A DNA stretch of 63,501 bases, the filler included, from an uncultured Methanosarcinales archaeon (lineage in GTDB: Archaea; Nanobdellota; Nanobdellia; Woesearchaeales; DSVV01), in the NCBI GenBank assembly GCA_964593285.1. It is 4 parts of 4 records of this genome, joined end to end, with 100 filler letters (N's around TTAATTAATTAA, not from the genome) between each part and the next. Parts side by side here need not be neighbours in the genome. Positions count along the whole stretch, not along the records: positions 19,081 to 44,840 come from CAZQHZ010000016.1; positions 44,941 to 63,501 come from CAZQHZ010000020.1; 2 more parts are not named here. One strand, 5' to 3'. This document shows positions 40,139 through 50,063 of this stretch, one piece after another. The position numbers and the translations under genes are program-made. Position 1 is the first letter of the stretch, and each line of letters opens with the position of its first letter. A model generated the notes under the pieces. The model worked only from the letters and a program-made list of their open reading frames with translations, was not told the origin of the DNA and made no database searches.

Positions 40139-41032
40139 TTAAAAATTAATTAATTCTTCTGTTTTTTCTTTTATTTGTTTTTCATTAAAAGAATGGAGTG
40201 GTGATAAAATAATTAAATTGTTTAATAATTTATTACTAAAATTTAAATTATTTATAAAGTCAATATAATCTTTTGAAGTTAGTCCTAAACTTAGTGCAGT
40301 TATTTTATATTTTGTTAAAAAATCATTATCTATATATTTTATATTTACATAATGAAATTTTTTTCCTTGCTCAAATTTTTTTAAAAACAAAAAATTGTTT
40401 TTTTCTTGTTCATTATTTACTGCAAAATAAATTTTACAACCTCGTTTCATTAAAAAAAAAGCAGCTAATTCATCAAAATTGTTTTTATATTTTATTGTAT
40501 CTTTTATAACTAAAATATTGCCATTTGTTGAAATTGGAAGACCCATTATACTAGAGATAGAATTTGTAAAAATATAAGCTGAATTGTCAAAAATTTCTAT
40601 AGTTATATTTAAATCATAATCTTTTAAGTCAACTTTTTTATTATAATTTAAAAAAACATGTTCCCCTATTTTTGAACTATAAAAATATGAACTTTCTTTG
40701 ATTTTTTTATCTGCTTTTTTTGTTGTAACTCTAAATGTATTAAATTTTAACTTAATTAACAATTTATCAACTACTTTTTTTATTGAATCTAATGAAATAT
40801 CTGTTTTATAAGAAAAAGAAATTGAATGAATGCCAAAAACATATCTTAAAAAATCACAGTTTTTATTTGTTAAAATAAAAATTCTACCAGGAAGCTTTTT
40901 TATTTTATAATCAAAAACATTGTTTGATTTTAATGAAAGTACAATGTTGTCTTTTAATTTTTTTTCAAAATAATTTCTATTTTTACCTTTAAGCATTATT
41001 TCAGAAAATCTAATTATGTAAGTTTTTTGCAT
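40139..41032 (-). CDS. ThiI-like THUMP-domain protein with degenerate catalytic domain
   Basis: IRFSEIMLKGKNRNYFE, FGI, FRVTTKKADK, KVDL, GLP, LMKRGC; SGGIDS loop absent. Confidence 0.8.
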   Translation of the reverse strand: MQKTYIIRFSEIMLKGKNRNYFEKKLKDNIVLSLKSNNVFDYKIKKLPGRIFILTNKNCDFLRYVFGIHSISFSYKTDISLDSIKKVVDKLLIKLKFNTFRVTTKKADKKIKESSYFYSSKIGEHVFLNYNKKVDLKDYDLNITIEIFDNSAYIFTNSISSIMGLPISTNGNILVIKDTIKYKNNFDELAAFFLMKRGCKIYFAVNNEQEKNNFLFLKKFEQGKKFHYVNIKYIDNDFLTKYKITALSLGLTSKDYIDFINNLNFSNKLLNNLIILSPLHSFNEKQIKEKTEELINF

Positions 41033-41080
41033 GTTTTTATTAAAAATTGCTTTTATATTTAATATTTTGGTGTTTTTTTT

Positions 41081-41180
41081 NNNNNNNNNNNNNNNNNNNN
41101 NNNNNNNNNNNNNNNNNNNNNNNNNNNNNNNNNNNNNNNNNNNNNNNNNNNNNNNNNNNNNNNNNNNNNNNNNNNNNNNN
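41081..41180. other. Scaffold gap (100 N)
   Basis: Run of Ns. Confidence 0.99.
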
Positions 41181-41202
41181 TTTTTCTATTTATTTTAATT
41201 TT

Positions 41203-41223
41203 TTCCAGTGGAAATGAAGGGGT
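41203..41223 (+). promoter_or_regulatory. Origin recognition box (ORB), candidate oriC
   Basis: TTCCAGTGGAAATGAAGGGGT: TTCC..GGAA dyad plus G-string, in AT-rich intergenic DNA between divergent genes. Confidence 0.75.
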
Positions 41224-41342
41224 CTTTATAATAAAAAAATCTATATTAAAAACATTCCATTTAAAAATAAAAGTATTTATAAATAAGGTGTGTTTTTAAA
41301 AGATTTATAAATGAATTTATTAGCATTGGGGGTGCTTTAAAA

Positions 41343-41909
41343 ATGAATAAAAAAAATAACAATAATAATAAAAAAGAAGTACAAGTTGTAAATATTGTTG
41401 TTTCAACTTCTCTAGAACATGATATACCATTAGAAAAAATGGCTGCAACACTTAGTAATACAGAATATAATCCAGAACAATTTCCAGGATTAGTTATTAG
41501 AATAAAAGAGCCAAAAACATCTGCATTAATTTTTTCAAGTGGAAAGGTTGTATGTACTGGTGCTAGAACAATGGCTAAAGTTGAAGAATCTATTGTTAAA
41601 ATAATTAAAAGTCTTGAAAAAATTGGTATTAAAATCACAATAAAACCAGTTATTAAAATTCAAAATATTGTTGCATCTGGAAGCATTGGAATGGATTTAA
41701 ATTTAAATATGCTTGCAATGAAACTTGAAAATACAGAATATGAACCAGAACAATTTCCTGGATTAGTATATAAGTTACCAAGTGCAAAAGCTACATTTTT
41801 ATTGTTTTCAAATGGAAAAATTGTTTGTACTGGTACAAAAAGTGAAGATGAAGTTCATATTGCAATGGATATTTTAATTGAAAATTTAAACAAAATAAAA
41901 ACTAAATAA
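41343..41909 (+). CDS. tbp: TATA-box binding protein
   Basis: Two repeats: NIV(V/A)S, EY(N/E)PEQFPGLV, FS(S/N)GK(V/I)VCTG. Confidence 0.98.
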   Translation: MNKKNNNNNKKEVQVVNIVVSTSLEHDIPLEKMAATLSNTEYNPEQFPGLVIRIKEPKTSALIFSSGKVVCTGARTMAKVEESIVKIIKSLEKIGIKITIKPVIKIQNIVASGSIGMDLNLNMLAMKLENTEYEPEQFPGLVYKLPSAKATFLLFSNGKIVCTGTKSEDEVHIAMDILIENLNKIKTK

Positions 41910-41957
41910 TTTTTTTTTAACTTTTTTTAATAATATACTTATTATAACTATCTTAAA

Positions 41958-44003
41958 ATGGAAGTTGGCATGCAAATAAAAATTTTTGAAGATTTTATTA
42001 AAGAGTTCTATGAAAAAGAATTAATGAAAATTTCAAGAGAAGGAGGTTTACCTTTAATTATTGATTTTAATGAACTTGCAATTTTCAATCCAGAAATTGC
42101 AGATTTAATTCTTGAAATGCCAGAAGAAGTTATAAAAGCTGCAGAAATTGCTGTAAATAATATAGAATTACCATTTGATGTAAAAGACATTAAAATTAGA
42201 ATAACAAATTTGCCTTTTGAACAAAAAATTATGGTTAGAGACATTAGGGCAAAACATATTGGAAAATTTTTAATGATTGAAGGAACCGTTAGACAAAAAT
42301 CTGATGTTAGACCACAAGTTACTAGTGCAAAATTTGAATGTCCAAGTTGTGGAAATGTAATTAATGTATTACAGCTTGATCAAAAATTTAAAGAGCCAAC
42401 TAGATGTGGCTGTGGTAGAAAAGGAAAATTTAGATTATTAAATAAAGAATTAATTGATGCTCAGGGTATAATTTTAGAGGAAGCAACAAAAGATTTAGAA
42501 GGTGGAGAGCAACCAAAAAGAATGAAGGTTTTACTTAAAGGAGATTTAGTAAGCCCTATGTCTGAAAAAAAAACTAACCCTGGAAGTAGTATTAGAATTT
42601 ATGGAACAATAAAAGAAGTTCCAATAATTTTACGAACAGGTGGGCAATCTACAAAATTTGATTTAATGATTGATGCAAATAATGTTGAAGGACTAGAAGA
42701 AGATTACTCAAATATTGATATTACTCCTGAAGAAGAGCTTGAAATAAAAGAACTTGGAGCACAAAAAAATATTTTAGCAAAACTTTCTGAATCAATTGCT
42801 CCAGATATTTTTGGCCATAATAAAATTAAAGAAGCTATTGTTTTACAATTTTGCGGGGGTAGTAGAAAAACAAGTAAAGATGGCGTTTCAACAAGAGGAG
42901 ACCTTCATGTTTTACTTATTGGTGACCCTGGTGCTGGTAAGTCACAATTACTAAAAAGAGCATCAATTGTTGCACCTAAATCTAGATATGTTTCTGGAAA
43001 AGGAACTAGTGGTGCTGGGCTTACTGCAAGTGTTGTTAAAGATGAATTTCTATCAGGCTGGAGTCTTGAAGCTGGAGCTTTAGTTTTAGCAAACAAAGGA
43101 ATTTTAATGATTGATGAGTTAGACAAAATGACAAAAGAAGATAGAAGTGCTATGCATGAAGGATTAGAACAGCAAACAATTAGTATCTCAAAAGCTAATA
43201 TTCAAGCAACCCTTAGATGTGAAACTACAGTACTTGCAGCAGCTAACCCTAAATTTGGAAGATTTGATCAATATGAAACAATATCAAAACAAATAAATTT
43301 GCCACCAACATTAATTAACAGATTTGATTTAATCTTTGCAATTAAGGATTTACCAAATGAAGAAAAAGATGGTAAACTTGCAGGATTTATATTAAATAAA
43401 CATAGAAAAAATTTGTTAAAAACAAAAGATGAAGATAAAAAAGATGATAAAATAATTCCAACAAAATTATTACGAAAATATATTGTTTATTGTAGACAAA
43501 AGATTAAACCAATATTATCAAGAGATGCAATATCAAAATTGCAAGAATATTATGTGAAGATGCGAAACCCACAAAATGAAGAAAATCAAAATAATACAAT
43601 ACCAATAACAGCAAGACAACTTGAAGCATTAGTTAGGGTTTCTGAAGCTTCAGCAAAAGTTAGATTATCAGAAAAGGTTACAAAACAAGATGCAAAAAGA
43701 GCAATTGCACTACTACATTATTGTCTTGAACAAGTTGGACTTGATCCTGAAACTGGAAAAATTGATATTGATAGAATTAGTTCAGGAATTCCATCATCTG
43801 AAAGAAACAAAATTTTTATAATTAAAGAGATTATCAAAACTTTAGAATCTAAAAGTGAAGATAAAATTGTTGCAGTGCAAGATATTATTGAATTGGCTGC
43901 TGAACAAAATATTAGTGAAGATGATGTTGAAGAAGTTATTCAAAAATTAAGATTATCAGGAGATTTGTATGAGCCTAAACGTGGGTTTATTTCAAAAATT
44001 TAA
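41958..44003 (+). CDS. mcm: Replicative helicase MCM
   Basis: CPSC zinc finger, GDPGAGKSQ, IDELDKM, AAANPKFGRF, RFDL, ITARQLE; no intein. Confidence 0.98.
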   Translation: MEVGMQIKIFEDFIKEFYEKELMKISREGGLPLIIDFNELAIFNPEIADLILEMPEEVIKAAEIAVNNIELPFDVKDIKIRITNLPFEQKIMVRDIRAKHIGKFLMIEGTVRQKSDVRPQVTSAKFECPSCGNVINVLQLDQKFKEPTRCGCGRKGKFRLLNKELIDAQGIILEEATKDLEGGEQPKRMKVLLKGDLVSPMSEKKTNPGSSIRIYGTIKEVPIILRTGGQSTKFDLMIDANNVEGLEEDYSNIDITPEEELEIKELGAQKNILAKLSESIAPDIFGHNKIKEAIVLQFCGGSRKTSKDGVSTRGDLHVLLIGDPGAGKSQLLKRASIVAPKSRYVSGKGTSGAGLTASVVKDEFLSGWSLEAGALVLANKGILMIDELDKMTKEDRSAMHEGLEQQTISISKANIQATLRCETTVLAAANPKFGRFDQYETISKQINLPPTLINRFDLIFAIKDLPNEEKDGKLAGFILNKHRKNLLKTKDEDKKDDKIIPTKLLRKYIVYCRQKIKPILSRDAISKLQEYYVKMRNPQNEENQNNTIPITARQLEALVRVSEASAKVRLSEKVTKQDAKRAIALLHYCLEQVGLDPETGKIDIDRISSGIPSSERNKIFIIKEIIKTLESKSEDKIVAVQDIIELAAEQNISEDDVEEVIQKLRLSGDLYEPKRGFISKI

Positions 44004-44005
44004 AA

Positions 44006-44674
44006 ATGGATGAGAAAAAAACAATTAAAAGAGAAACTGCAAAAAAAGTTAAGATTAAAGAAATTAAAGAAGGTAAATATATTAAGATAGATGAAGAATG
44101 GGAACCTAATTATGTTGAAACTGTTAGTGGCAAAAAGGTTTCTAGAATTAATGTTTTAGGAAGCGTTGTATCTGAAGTTACAACTGAAGGTGGAAATTCA
44201 TTTCTTTTTGATGATGGAAGCGATAATATTACTATTAGAAGTTTTGAAGAATTTAAAACAGATATTAAATTAGGTGATATTTTATTAATTATTGGAAGGC
44301 CTAGAGAATTTTCAAATGAATTTTATATTTTACCTGAAATTATTAAAAAAATAGAAAAAGATAAAGAAAAATGGATAGAACTTAGAAAAATTGAACTTAA
44401 TAGTTATGATGATGAAAAAAAAGTTGAAACTATAAAAAAAGAAGAAGAAGAAAAAAGCATTAATCAAGAAGAAAAAGATGATGTTAAATTAAATTCATTT
44501 GATTTGGTATTAAATGTAATAAAAGAATTAGATAAGGATGATGATGGTGCTGAGATTGAAGCGATTATTGAAAAGGTTGGTCTTGATAGAGAAACTACTG
44601 AAAATGTTATTAATAATTTGTTAATGGATGGGGAAGCTTTTGAAATTAAACCTGGACGATTAAAATTACTTTAA
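44006..44674 (+). CDS. RPA32-like OB-fold plus winged-helix ssDNA-binding protein
   Basis: VSRINVLG, DDGS..I.IRSF, IIGRPREF, C-terminal GEAFEIKPG. Confidence 0.8.
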   Translation: MDEKKTIKRETAKKVKIKEIKEGKYIKIDEEWEPNYVETVSGKKVSRINVLGSVVSEVTTEGGNSFLFDDGSDNITIRSFEEFKTDIKLGDILLIIGRPREFSNEFYILPEIIKKIEKDKEKWIELRKIELNSYDDEKKVETIKKEEEEKSINQEEKDDVKLNSFDLVLNVIKELDKDDDGAEIEAIIEKVGLDRETTENVINNLLMDGEAFEIKPGRLKLL

Positions 44675-44711
44675 ATTTTTATTATATATTCTGTTTTGTT
44701 TATTAAAAAAA

Positions 44712-44840
44712 TTACTTATATTTTTCTATCAATTTTTTTGAAAATAATGTATTTGTAAAATAACTTGCAACGTGTCTATCTTTTTTAAGATTAGCATATA
44801 ATTGTGCATCTTCTTTTTTTATTGAAAGTTTATTAATTAC
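44712..44840 (-). CDS. 3' fragment of a gene cut by the spacer, possibly HEPN-like
   Basis: Open frame ...LYANLKKDRHVASYFT...EKYK*. Confidence 0.35.
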   Translation of the reverse strand, partial: VINKLSIKKEDAQLYANLKKDRHVASYFTNTLFSKKLIEKYK

Positions 44841-44940
44841 NNNNNNNNNNNNNNNNNNNNNNNNNNNNNNNNNNNNNNNNNNNNTTAATTAATTAANNNN
44901 NNNNNNNNNNNNNNNNNNNNNNNNNNNNNNNNNNNNNNNN
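44841..44940. other. Artificial contig linker
   Basis: 44N-TTAATTAATTAA-44N. Confidence 0.97.
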
Positions 44941-46055
44941 TTAGTTGAGACATTAAAAGTTTGTGGGTATGTTAGAGGTGAAGTTTCATTAAATACAACT
45001 TCGCAATTATCTTGTGATTTAGTAATATTTAAATTATAAATTGTTGAATTTATATTTCCACTTGTATCATTTACTGATACATTAATATAATAATCACTGA
45101 CGGATAATTTTTTTGTCCAATTTAAAAAACCAGTTTCATTAATTTCAAAATTTATTGTATCATTAATAAACCACTTATCAATATAATTATTATCTGTTGC
45201 ATAAAAATTTACACCATTCCATAAACCAGTATAACTAATTGATATATTATCAGGGATTGTTGTAAATTCAGGAGATATTACATCTGGGTAAATTTTAATA
45301 TTTTTTCCAATAGATATATTTTCTTGAATTGTTAAGGTAGGCTCTTGGCTTGTAATGATTGCATTACCAATAAATCTTCCGTTTCCACCTAATATAATGT
45401 TTTCTTCTTGCATAAAGATTATATCATCATTAAATGTAACATTTTCATTATTTAATCCCCATGCAAGTATTGTAAATCCATTATCTCTATGAGTTTGATT
45501 ATTTTTTGGATTATCCCTATTATTTCCATCATAGTATTCAAAGAAAGTTATATTTATTGCATCAAAACTAATTTCATTAAATGCCATTCCACCAAGATTT
45601 TTTGCATAAATATATAAATTTTCAAAAACATAATCTTCTTCATGAACACCAAACCATGTTGTGGATTCACCTAATGTTAAGTTTAAATTTTTGAGTTTAA
45701 AACCAACACTCCCACTCAAATTTAAAGAAACAATATCTGAAACAATAAAATCAACCATTAATCTTGATTCATCTCGATTAGAGCCGTTGATAGTTATATT
45801 ATCTTTGTTATTTAAATCAATATATGTTGCATTTAATAAATAATTATTTAAATCTAATACTACATTATGTGAAGTAAAAGTTATAGATGTACTATTAATA
45901 TTATCTTCTAAAATTATTTTTGTAATTGTTGGATCTGCAATTGCAGTTAATAATTCTGCTTCATCATTTACATTTGCAGTAGTTCCAAGTACACTAAATG
46001 AAAATAAAATCATAAATAAAACTGTTGAAATTAATAAAATGTTTTTTTTTACCAT
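44941..46055 (-). CDS. Exported Asn/Thr-rich surface glycoprotein (beta-helix and Ig-like segments), truncated
   Basis: Sec signal; many NxS/T sequons; INVSVNDTSGN Ig-like motif; GAGGGG SD. Confidence 0.7.
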
Positions 46056-46326
46056 ATAAAATCCCCCTCTAAAATAAATTAATGTTTATTAGAATATCTT
46101 TTTAGTATTTAAACATTTTTGTTAGTAACTATTAATTAATAGTATATGTCACTAATTGATAACTAATTAATATATTTTTAATAATTTAAAAAAATAGTTT
46201 ATTTTTTATTATACTTTGTTATTTTTTGTTTTTTTTTATTTTTTTTGAAAATTTTATATTTTTAGCTGAATATCTTTCAATATTTTTTAGTTAAACTTTA
46301 TTAATTTTTTATGTATAAAAATAATA

Positions 46327-48120
46327 ATGGATTATGCAATAAAAACAAAAGATTATCATGTGTTGTTTAGTACAAAAAAAATAAGAAACATTAATGGAAC
46401 ATTAGTTTCTGATGATAATATAAAAAAACATTCTTCTATTGAAGATATAGTTGAACAATTAAAATTTAATCAAACAAAATCTGTTGCTTTAAACAAAAAT
46501 GAAGTTTATGAAGTTACAAAAAATGTAAATAAAATAACAAAAAATGAAAAAGATTTAGCAAAAAAATTAATTGATTGTTATATTCAAAATAATTATTTAA
46601 AAAACATAGGAATTGTAAAAAATAATAAAATTTTAATTTTAGATAAAAACGATAATCTTTTTGATGTAATAAAAAAAGCTTCAAAAAATAATTTACCAAA
46701 ATCTTCAAAAAAAAAATTAACAAAAAAAACAAATGAAATTATTGATACTAAATTTTCAAAAATTCCTTTTTTTAAAAAAACAAGAATTAATAAGCAAACA
46801 AAAGATGCAATGAAAATTAAGGAGTCTACATTTTCTTCTAAAATTTATAATTCAGTTAATACTTGTTTTAAAAAATCTCTAAATTCTTTTACTAATCAAA
46901 AAAAATATATTCAAAAAGAATTAGATAGAATGTTTTTTTATAATAAAAGACAGGATTTAATTATGAAAGTAAGATCTAATAATAATATTCAAAAAACAGA
47001 ACTTGCAGATAAAATTTCAAAAGCAATTAATTCAAAAGAATATTTTGTATTTAAAAACATTCCATACATTGCTGTTTCTTGTTCAATAAAAGATATAAAT
47101 AAAGTTACAATGAATTTTAATACCAATTTAAATAAATATAACATTAATAATAATTTTTTTAAATTAATTCAAAAAACACAAAGATCTTTTGGTTTGTATA
47201 TTCCAGAACTTTATTTAGAAATTGCAAAAGATAATAAATTTTTAAAATATAAAAATGTTTTAAAAGATCAAGGGTGGAATTTACGAAATATAAGAGCTTT
47301 AGATGCCTGGAAAATAACAAAAGGATTTGGTTCAACAACTTTAGTTATAGATACAGGTATAGATTATAGACATCAAGAATTGTCGGATTGTTTTGATGAA
47401 ATAAAAGGATTTAATTTTGTAAATAACACAAAAAATCCAATGGATGATAATGGTCATGGAACTCATGTTGCAGGAATTATTGCAGGATATAGTGTTGGTG
47501 TTTCACCTGATTCAAAATTAGTTGCAGCAAAAGTTTTAGATAAAAATGGTTCTGGAAGTAATACTGATCTTATAAGAGCAATTGATTATGCAATTAATGA
47601 AAATTATATTGATGTAGTTAATATGAGTCTTGGTTCATCTTCTTATTCATATGCATTAAATGAAATCTGTAGTAAGGCATATAAAAATGGTTTAATTTTA
47701 TGTGCAGCAGCCGGTAATGAAGGTTATGGTGCAGAGTATCCTGCTGCATGTAGTGGTGTAATTTCTGTTGCTGCAGTTGATTATAATAATAATCATGCAA
47801 CATTTTCTAATATTGATTCTTCAGTAGATATAAGTGCACCAGGGGTTAGTATATTTTCAACTTATCTAAATAATGGTTATAAGCAATTATCTGGAACTTC
47901 AATGGCAAGCCCTCATGCTACTGGTGTTTCAAATTTGTGTGTTTCAGTTAAAAATAATTTAGATAATCGAAACTTTGAAAAATTACTAAATAATACTTCT
48001 TTAATATTAGGTGCTGGTGAGTCATATCAAAGAGAAAAATATGGTATGGGTTTAATTCAAGCTGATAAATTAGTTAATAAAATTAATAATTCAAGTTATA
48101 TTAGGTGGAAAAAATGGTAG
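46327..48120 (+). CDS. S8 family subtilisin-like serine protease with long N-terminal extension, no signal peptide
   Basis: VIDTGID, HGTHVAG, AAAGN, SGTSMASPH. Confidence 0.95.
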   Translation: MDYAIKTKDYHVLFSTKKIRNINGTLVSDDNIKKHSSIEDIVEQLKFNQTKSVALNKNEVYEVTKNVNKITKNEKDLAKKLIDCYIQNNYLKNIGIVKNNKILILDKNDNLFDVIKKASKNNLPKSSKKKLTKKTNEIIDTKFSKIPFFKKTRINKQTKDAMKIKESTFSSKIYNSVNTCFKKSLNSFTNQKKYIQKELDRMFFYNKRQDLIMKVRSNNNIQKTELADKISKAINSKEYFVFKNIPYIAVSCSIKDINKVTMNFNTNLNKYNINNNFFKLIQKTQRSFGLYIPELYLEIAKDNKFLKYKNVLKDQGWNLRNIRALDAWKITKGFGSTTLVIDTGIDYRHQELSDCFDEIKGFNFVNNTKNPMDDNGHGTHVAGIIAGYSVGVSPDSKLVAAKVLDKNGSGSNTDLIRAIDYAINENYIDVVNMSLGSSSYSYALNEICSKAYKNGLILCAAAGNEGYGAEYPAACSGVISVAAVDYNNNHATFSNIDSSVDISAPGVSIFSTYLNNGYKQLSGTSMASPHATGVSNLCVSVKNNLDNRNFEKLLNNTSLILGAGESYQREKYGMGLIQADKLVNKINNSSYIRWKKW

Positions 48121-48359
48121 ATGAATATGAAAAACTTATAATAACATATAATGGAACAAAAGAAGATTTTGATAAAAATTATTATTCTAAATTAAAAAAT
48201 GACAATTGTTCAATTTCATTATATATAGATGCAGATGATAAAACACTAGTTTTTTTAGATTGTAAAAAAAATAATATAAATGATTTAGAAAAAAAAATTA
48301 ATTCTTTTGAAGATGAAAATATTATTTTAGAGAAAGATAAAAAAATAACTTTCTTATAA
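48114..48359 (+). CDS. Small protein coupled to the subtilase, possible I9-type inhibitor
   Basis: AGGTGG SD; overlaps protease stop; 81 aa ending LEKDKKITFL. Confidence 0.5.
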   Translation: MVDEYEKLIITYNGTKEDFDKNYYSKLKNDNCSISLYIDADDKTLVFLDCKKNNINDLEKKINSFEDENIILEKDKKITFL

Positions 48360-48504
48360 TTGTTATAAAATGTGGTAAGTATTTTGAAAATTTATTTAAA
48401 ATTTCATTTTATTAACCACTAATCCAAAAAATATTTAAATGAATTCAAAAAACCTTAATAAGATATATGTAAAATTATTTATTTTATAATAATAGGTGAG
48501 TTAA

Positions 48505-48699
48505 ATGGTTAAAAAAAAAGAATTATTTGTTCCTTTTCAAAAAATTAAAGGAATAAAAAAAGTTGTAAAATGTAAATGTTGCGGCAAGAAAATTGAAATA
48601 AATAATTTTAATAGAAGTCTTTGTGAGGAATGTGGTTATAGGGGAACGAAAGCAAAATCTGAAGATAATGCTGAAAATTTAGTTAATTCTGTTGCATAA
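48505..48699 (+). CDS. Small zinc-ribbon protein
   Basis: CKCCG...LCEECG; GGTGA SD. Confidence 0.65.
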   Translation: MVKKKELFVPFQKIKGIKKVVKCKCCGKKIEINNFNRSLCEECGYRGTKAKSEDNAENLVNSVA

Positions 48700-48743
48700 C
48701 TTTTTTAATAAGATTTATTAATTAATTAATTTTATTCTTTTTA

Positions 48744-49673
48744 ATGGTAAGTAAATATGATAAAACTATTTATGATTTAATTATAATTGGTGGTGGGTGT
48801 TCTGGTCTTTCTGCACTATTATATTCTGCAAGATTTAAACTTAATTGTATTATGTTAACTAAAGATATTGGTGGTAGTTTAAATTGGGCAAAAAAAGTTG
48901 ATAATTATCTTGGGATTGAAAATGTTAGTGGCGTTGATTTAATTGAAAAATTTAAAAATCACGCAATGAAATTTTATAATGAAAATTCTATTAAATATGA
49001 AAATGTTTTAGATTTAGAGAAAAAAAATGAAATATTTGAAATTACTACAAATAAAACAAAATATTTTTCTAAAACGATAATTCTAGCAACAGGATCAAAA
49101 ACTAGGAAATTAAATATTAATGGTGAAAAAAAGTTTTTTAAAAAAGGAGTTTATTATTCTACAATATCTAATTTTAATTCTTATAAAGGTAAAACTATTT
49201 GTGTTGTTGGTGGTAGTGATAGTGCATGTAAAGATGCTTTGATTTTAGCTAAAAATTCTAATAAAGTTTATTTGATATATAGAAAAGATAAACTAAGGTG
49301 CGAGCCTATTATTTATGATGAAATTTTAAAAAATAATAAAATTGAAATAATTTATAATACTAATATTAGTGAAATTAAAGGAGATAAATATGTTAATAGT
49401 ATTATTTTAGATAATAATTTAGATGAATTAAATGTTGATTTAGTAGTTATTGCTATAGGTAATACTCCAATGTCTTTAATTTCAAAAAAGTTAGGTGTTA
49501 ATGTTAATGAAAAAAATGAGATTATAATTGATACTATGTCTTCTACTAATATATTTGGAGTTTATGCTGCAGGAGATGTTACAAATAATCCTTTTAAGCA
49601 AGTAATAACTGGGGTATCAGAAGGTGCATTAGCATCATATAGTGCACATTTATATTTAAAACAAAAAAAATAA
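48744..49673 (+). CDS. Thioredoxin reductase-like flavoprotein lacking the redox CxxC
   Basis: IIGGGCSG, LATG, VGGSDSA, AAGDVT, KQVIT; STIS at the CxxC position. Confidence 0.85.
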   Translation: MVSKYDKTIYDLIIIGGGCSGLSALLYSARFKLNCIMLTKDIGGSLNWAKKVDNYLGIENVSGVDLIEKFKNHAMKFYNENSIKYENVLDLEKKNEIFEITTNKTKYFSKTIILATGSKTRKLNINGEKKFFKKGVYYSTISNFNSYKGKTICVVGGSDSACKDALILAKNSNKVYLIYRKDKLRCEPIIYDEILKNNKIEIIYNTNISEIKGDKYVNSIILDNNLDELNVDLVVIAIGNTPMSLISKKLGVNVNEKNEIIIDTMSSTNIFGVYAAGDVTNNPFKQVITGVSEGALASYSAHLYLKQKK

Positions 49674-49677
49674 AATT

Positions 49678-50022
49678 TCACATCATTTGTAAATCCTTTG
49701 TAATTTTATCAATTTTTTCTTCAATATCAGGGCCAATTGCTCCGCAAGTTACGGTTCCAGGAGCAATAACAGTTTTTCCTGCATCTGTAATTAGAGAAGT
49801 TTTTAAATTTAAATCTTTTGCAGTTTGTATATACTTATATAATTCTTTTTCATCTTTTACTTTTAATACAATTTTTTTACTTCCAATCATTCGCCAGTTT
49901 TTTATATTTTCATTATCTGATTTTAAAACAGCTTCAACGCTTGCATGAGCTACCTGTGCTGCTAATTTACCTTTTGGAAGTTTTAGATCGTGTCTTACTA
50001 ATATTACTTGTTTATATTCCAT
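49678..50022 (-). CDS. pth2: Peptidyl-tRNA hydrolase Pth2
   Basis: KQVILVR.DLK..KGKLAAQVAHA, KKIVLK, DAGKT, IGPD. Confidence 0.97.
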   Translation of the reverse strand: MEYKQVILVRHDLKLPKGKLAAQVAHASVEAVLKSDNENIKNWRMIGSKKIVLKVKDEKELYKYIQTAKDLNLKTSLITDAGKTVIAPGTVTCGAIGPDIEEKIDKITKDLQMM

Positions 50023-50063
50023 TATAAATTTTAGAAATTAAATTTAAATAAAAAGGTTTGTAT

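Noticed and set aside
41255..41266. Second mini-ORB TTCCATTTAAAA
   Set aside because: Only the left half of the dyad matches and there is no G-string; too weak in AT-rich DNA
41958..44003. Intein in MCM
   Set aside because: Length is normal (681 aa) and Walker motifs are uninterrupted
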